A model generated the notes under the pieces. The model was not told the DNA's origin. It did no database searches and worked only from the letters and a program-made list of their open reading frames with translations. A program made the position numbers and the translations under genes. From Azolla caroliniana (Eukaryota; Plantae; Polypodiophyta): DNA of 64,000 nucleotides. This document shows positions 59,749 to 64,000 of the stretch, piece by piece. The stretch lies in NCBI GenBank assembly GCA_043228905.1, contig JBHGNT010000073.1:56085-120084 (forward strand), read 5' to 3'. Numbering within the stretch: the stretch's first letter is position 1; the number at the start of each line of letters is the position of its first letter.

Positions 59749-62700
59749 ATGAAAAGAGAAAAAAAGGTAGGAAGTCCATATTCTCCATCCAAAGTTCCGA
59801 GGTTAGTAGAAATCGGTGGATTGGACTACTTCTTCAGATTATGGAAGGACCAACATCTCAAGAAATTTCTGATGGGTCCGCTCTCCAGTCATGAACCTTT
59901 TATCAGATCATTTGACTCATGAATTCTGAATCTGCTCCCTCTACGCAATCCGCGTCGTTCGGTGAGGAGGGATAGTACCGTCATCCTGGAAATCCTAGTT
60001 TTACTAGCAATGCCGATTTTTATGCATTGCCTGAATAAGGGAAGTTCGATCGGAGAAGGTTCGGTATTAGCAAAAACAATGAATAGGAGTGTCGAAGTAA
60101 GAAAAGAACAGGTGGAAAATTCCAGTGACTTCCCTTACTGCGTCCCTCAATTCAAAAGATCGTTATCTGTTGAAAGGGATGAGAAAGGAAGAACACCTGA
60201 TTCTTACTATTTCTTAGCTTCGAACGAAGATACTTCCACAGGTTCGACGAGGGAGCAAAAGCATCCTCTGGTTTCGGGCAGATGGAGGGTCTGCTTAGTG
60301 AGGGATTCACTCCCTAGCGAAGATATATCCAGAGACGAGACTGAGAGGATTCAGCCATTATGGATCGATAGATTTCTAGAAGATTCCAATAGGTTTTTCA
60401 AATTCTATAAATATGCGGGACTTACCAAAAATAGAATTGACTTTTACAAGAATGGTTCTGATTCATCATTTTCCTGGAAAGTATCTAACAAGCAAGATCC
60501 GGATCGACTACGAACAACAGGATTGAAAAACGATTTCAAAATCCCCGCAGACTCCTGCGATAAGATCTTATTCGAATCCGAGGGGGGTGGGTCGGTGTTC
60601 CATCCCGAGCGGGAAGCCTTTTACGAATTGTCTTCATTCCCGTTCTGTATAAATAAAAAGCCGTCTCGTTATGGTACATCCGGGTTAGATTGTCACGGAG
60701 GCGGGGGAGACCCTCCCATCCTACAAATTTATTCACAAATGAGGAATGCTTTAATATATCGACTCAATCGATTTCTTTTGATCGATGAGGAATCGAATCC
60801 GATTTCTATTGGGACAAGAATTCTTGGTATTAAGAATAGCGAGAAATCTGGTAAAAGATTTCCATTGAAAATGAGAGAGAACTACACACTTATTTTATAT
60901 GACTATTTCTGTGGATTAGCTAGCAAATATCTCTTCCGGATGAAATATCGGTTGGGTGGCTGGGCGGGGAGCGGGGAATCCACTGGTGTAACAAGAATTG
61001 CAATTGAAGAAAGATTATTGGAATGGAAAGATAACATAGAGCGTGGATATTTTGCATTTCAAATCGATGAGTATAGGGATGTCGAGTCAAATGCGCATGG
61101 ATGGCTCGATACAATCGGAGATTCGTCTTTCTCCTCTTTCGGGAGAGTATCTTTAAAACTAAAGTATGACTTAGATAAATCGATTTGCGGTGTATCAAAA
61201 ACGAGAAGCGAACTACTAGGTAGTGTTGGTACTAGTATCAACAAAATCACTCGGAATAACGAGAAGTATCCTCATCGATTTCTCAATGTTTTACTTCTTT
61301 ACAAAACGATTGTTACCGAAGTTACTCGCCAAAAATTTGTGATAGATACGATCGATTATTACACCGAGAAGTTGAATCCTATAGGTCTTTCGAAGCTTAA
61401 TCGCTTATCGAAATTACTTGGTATTAAAACTAAGGCAGCACAGATATCCTTCCTCAAAAGAAGGATTCTCGAGGGAAAAAATGGTTTAATCGTTGAGTCT
61501 AGATCGTTGATTGTTGATAAAAAATCCATAGGCTCGTCAATCTCGTTAGAACCCGCAGGGAATCCGCCTCTCGTTGGGTTACCCCACATCGAATCTACCC
61601 GAACAAGATTATCGAATGATGTTCTTTCCACTACGGGTAGGCAGATTTGGAATCTGCTTCTAGATAGTTCGAGTCGTGGGGGGGGTTCAAACAAAGACAT
61701 TAATGAAAGTATTTCGAGATATATCTCCGATGAAGCGAATACACCAAAGCTTCTAGAACACTCTAACTCACCTGTATGGGACTGTGCTAGAAGCAATTTC
61801 ATTCCAAGAATCAAAAGGGATTTCTTTATTGGGAGATGCAGCAGTAGCTATCCCAACGTCTTAGAGAATCCGTATGTGGACTCCAAAAATGAAGTCGTCT
61901 CATACAATACCATCTCATCTATTCAGTCCCAACTGTCAAATTCGTTATCACCCAGTCTATTGAAACGAACAGAAGGGGAGGAAACTGTTGGTCATGTACC
62001 TACAACGGTTCAACTTATTCCATCTAATCCGCAAAAACCTGCGACATCATCATCAACTCGTTCAGATAGGATTTTTCCTTTTTTGGATCTGAAGAGATTA
62101 CTGTCGGGGTTGAGTTCGTCCCCTCATGAAACGAGAGATTCGTTTCTATCTTCATGCAGTAGCCATGGAATTCGTTTGGGAAAAACGTTGAGAAACTATA
62201 ATCCATCGGCGGATCGGCGACCCCGACCTCGCCCTAAGAGTCTGGGATTGGATCAAGTCGATTTAGAAAAGCCCATCGAAGATGGATCAGACTCGGGGAA
62301 TTTTTTAACCCAGAATCGATTCTATCAAAATGATTCATCCATTGGGTCTTTCTGGGAACCAGAAGAATTGAAAATGCTTTACTGGTCGCTAAGATTCTCA
62401 CTACGCAACGATGTAACATCAAGATCTCTAATAGGATTGACTGGGAAGAAGGTTTCGCACGAAGATACGAAAATCGTAGATCCGTATGTTCGGAAAGAAC
62501 CTATACGCCCATTCCATCTTATCAATTTCAATGAATTCTCGAAAGGTTTGAACGAATATAAGATATCTTTGATCTTTTGGAAAGACAATATCTTTGAAAA
62601 ATGGAGCCTATTCAGAGAGTATATACCTTGGTTTTTTACCCCTAACTGGTGGAGATATTTCTACGATCTGATTGGAGAAACATATCCAGAAGTAGTACAT

Positions 62701-64000
62701 AAAATAAGTGATGACCCGAATTACCCTTTACCTAGAATTTCTAAAAGAATTTCTGAGGGTGTATATAGAGCCAAAACTTATTCATCACAAAGCCTAAGAT
62801 TGAGATTCAAGAATGATTCTACCAATAAAAGATTATCCAAAATAGATCTTATCCTTTTCAAGGAATTTCCTAATGAAACGAAGATGTCACATTCAAGGTG
62901 GTTAGTTTCTCAATTTTCCAATAAGCTTATCTTATCTTACTTCGTTCTTTCAGTATTATACGTTCTTGCATTATCCAAGTATCTTTTATCTGCCGTTTCG
63001 GGCTCTAACTCCCTTCATTCATGGAAACGTTTCAATACTATTGGATATTTAATAGACCCAATGCGTGGATCCTATTCAGAGAAGGGAATTTCTTCCCCTT
63101 CAACAAGGCAAATGCAAACGAGAGATGTACTAATCCATTATTTGAAGAGATTCTCGAATTACATAAATAATATATTCTTTTTCTCCTTCGTCAAAAACGA
63201 ACTAGATTTGTGGATACTTTGTAGGGAAAGCTCCGATATCCTTAATAGTAAGAAAGAACTATTAACGCACTATTTAGTAACGAATAATACTATTTCCAAG
63301 TATCAGTCGAAATCGAATTCCAATTCTAATTTCTCGAGTAGTCGGATCGATTATGAACCTTCTCCACAAGAAAGATCTGATGTTTTGGCATACCTACCTC
63401 AATTCTGTCAAAACGATCTATTGAGTTACAAGATCCGTAGGTTAGATCCTGCGGAGAAGTGGGCTCTTTTCGCCCTCGAAAGAAATCTTCTATTTTCAGC
63501 AACGACGAGACGGAGAGGCGTTCTAGGTATGCCATGTCATGACATACCTATCTCACTCCAATCAGGATTATTACCATCTGAGGGAACTCCGTTAGTAGGA
63601 CCCATAGAAACTGGACGATCTTCCGTCATTAGGGATATAGCATCCAATTCCTACTTTCCGTTGGTGAGGCTACCAATAAGAAAGTTGCTATACAATCGAT
63701 CATATCTCAGAAATGTACATGGAAGTTTCATCTCGAGAGAGAGCGTACGCCGATTGGGTCTCGTTTTTGGAATAGCGAGAGAGGTGTCTCCCTGCACAAT
63801 ATGGATTCAAGATATTCATGAATTGAATATTCATCGTTCGTATCACAGACTAGAAGCTAATCCCAGGTTTTTGCTTTGCCTGATACTGAGTAATATTGGT
63901 AATGAGCGCAGTAACTCTCGCATTCGTAAGAATATTCTTCTTATTGCTTCGACTCATGTACCAGCAAGGGTGGATCCAGCTCCGATAGCTCCGAACCGGC
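59749..64000 (+). CDS. ycf2: Ycf2 (FtsH-derived AAA ATPase), 5' part; TGA at 59920 (U-to-C); runs off window
   Basis: Long frame after trnH with degenerate Walker A (LVGPIETGRS, about 63590) and Walker B (IWIQDIHEL, about 63800); absent from the ORF track, consistent with no stop before the window end. Confidence 0.92.

Overview
This is a 64 kb segment of a leptosporangiate fern chloroplast genome. It runs from the 3' part of rps4 through the large single-copy region (ycf3, psaA/B, psbD/C/Z, petN, psbM, rpoB/C1/C2, rps2, atpI/H/F/A, psb30, psaM, psbI/K, chlB, rps16, free-standing matK, ndhB) into the rearranged fern inverted-repeat block (trnR-ACG, rrn5/4.5/23, trnA, trnI, rrn16, 3'rps12, rps7, psbA, trnH, 5' ycf2). 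The gene order and an inverted trnD point to core leptosporangiates, probably eupolypods I. The fragmented ORF track mostly reflects RNA editing: about 11 genes start with ACG (C-to-U) and about 22 in-frame TAA/TAG/TGA codons would be repaired by U-to-C editing. Four things stand out. (1) A small, SD-led, transmembrane-like ORF lies between rps16 and matK (candidate ycf94, function unknown). (2) Three unlinked lesions of apparently identical net size (about -25 nt) hit psbC, chlB and the 5S rRNA; editing cannot fix them and they are most likely an assembly artefact. (3) The rpoC1 intron has a GCGTG 5' splice site and trnS-GGA has C33, both candidate non-coding edits. (4) The inverted trnD carries its own promoter between short inverted repeats. 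I found no convincing wholly new system. Comparisons to consensus sequences are from memory, not from alignments.
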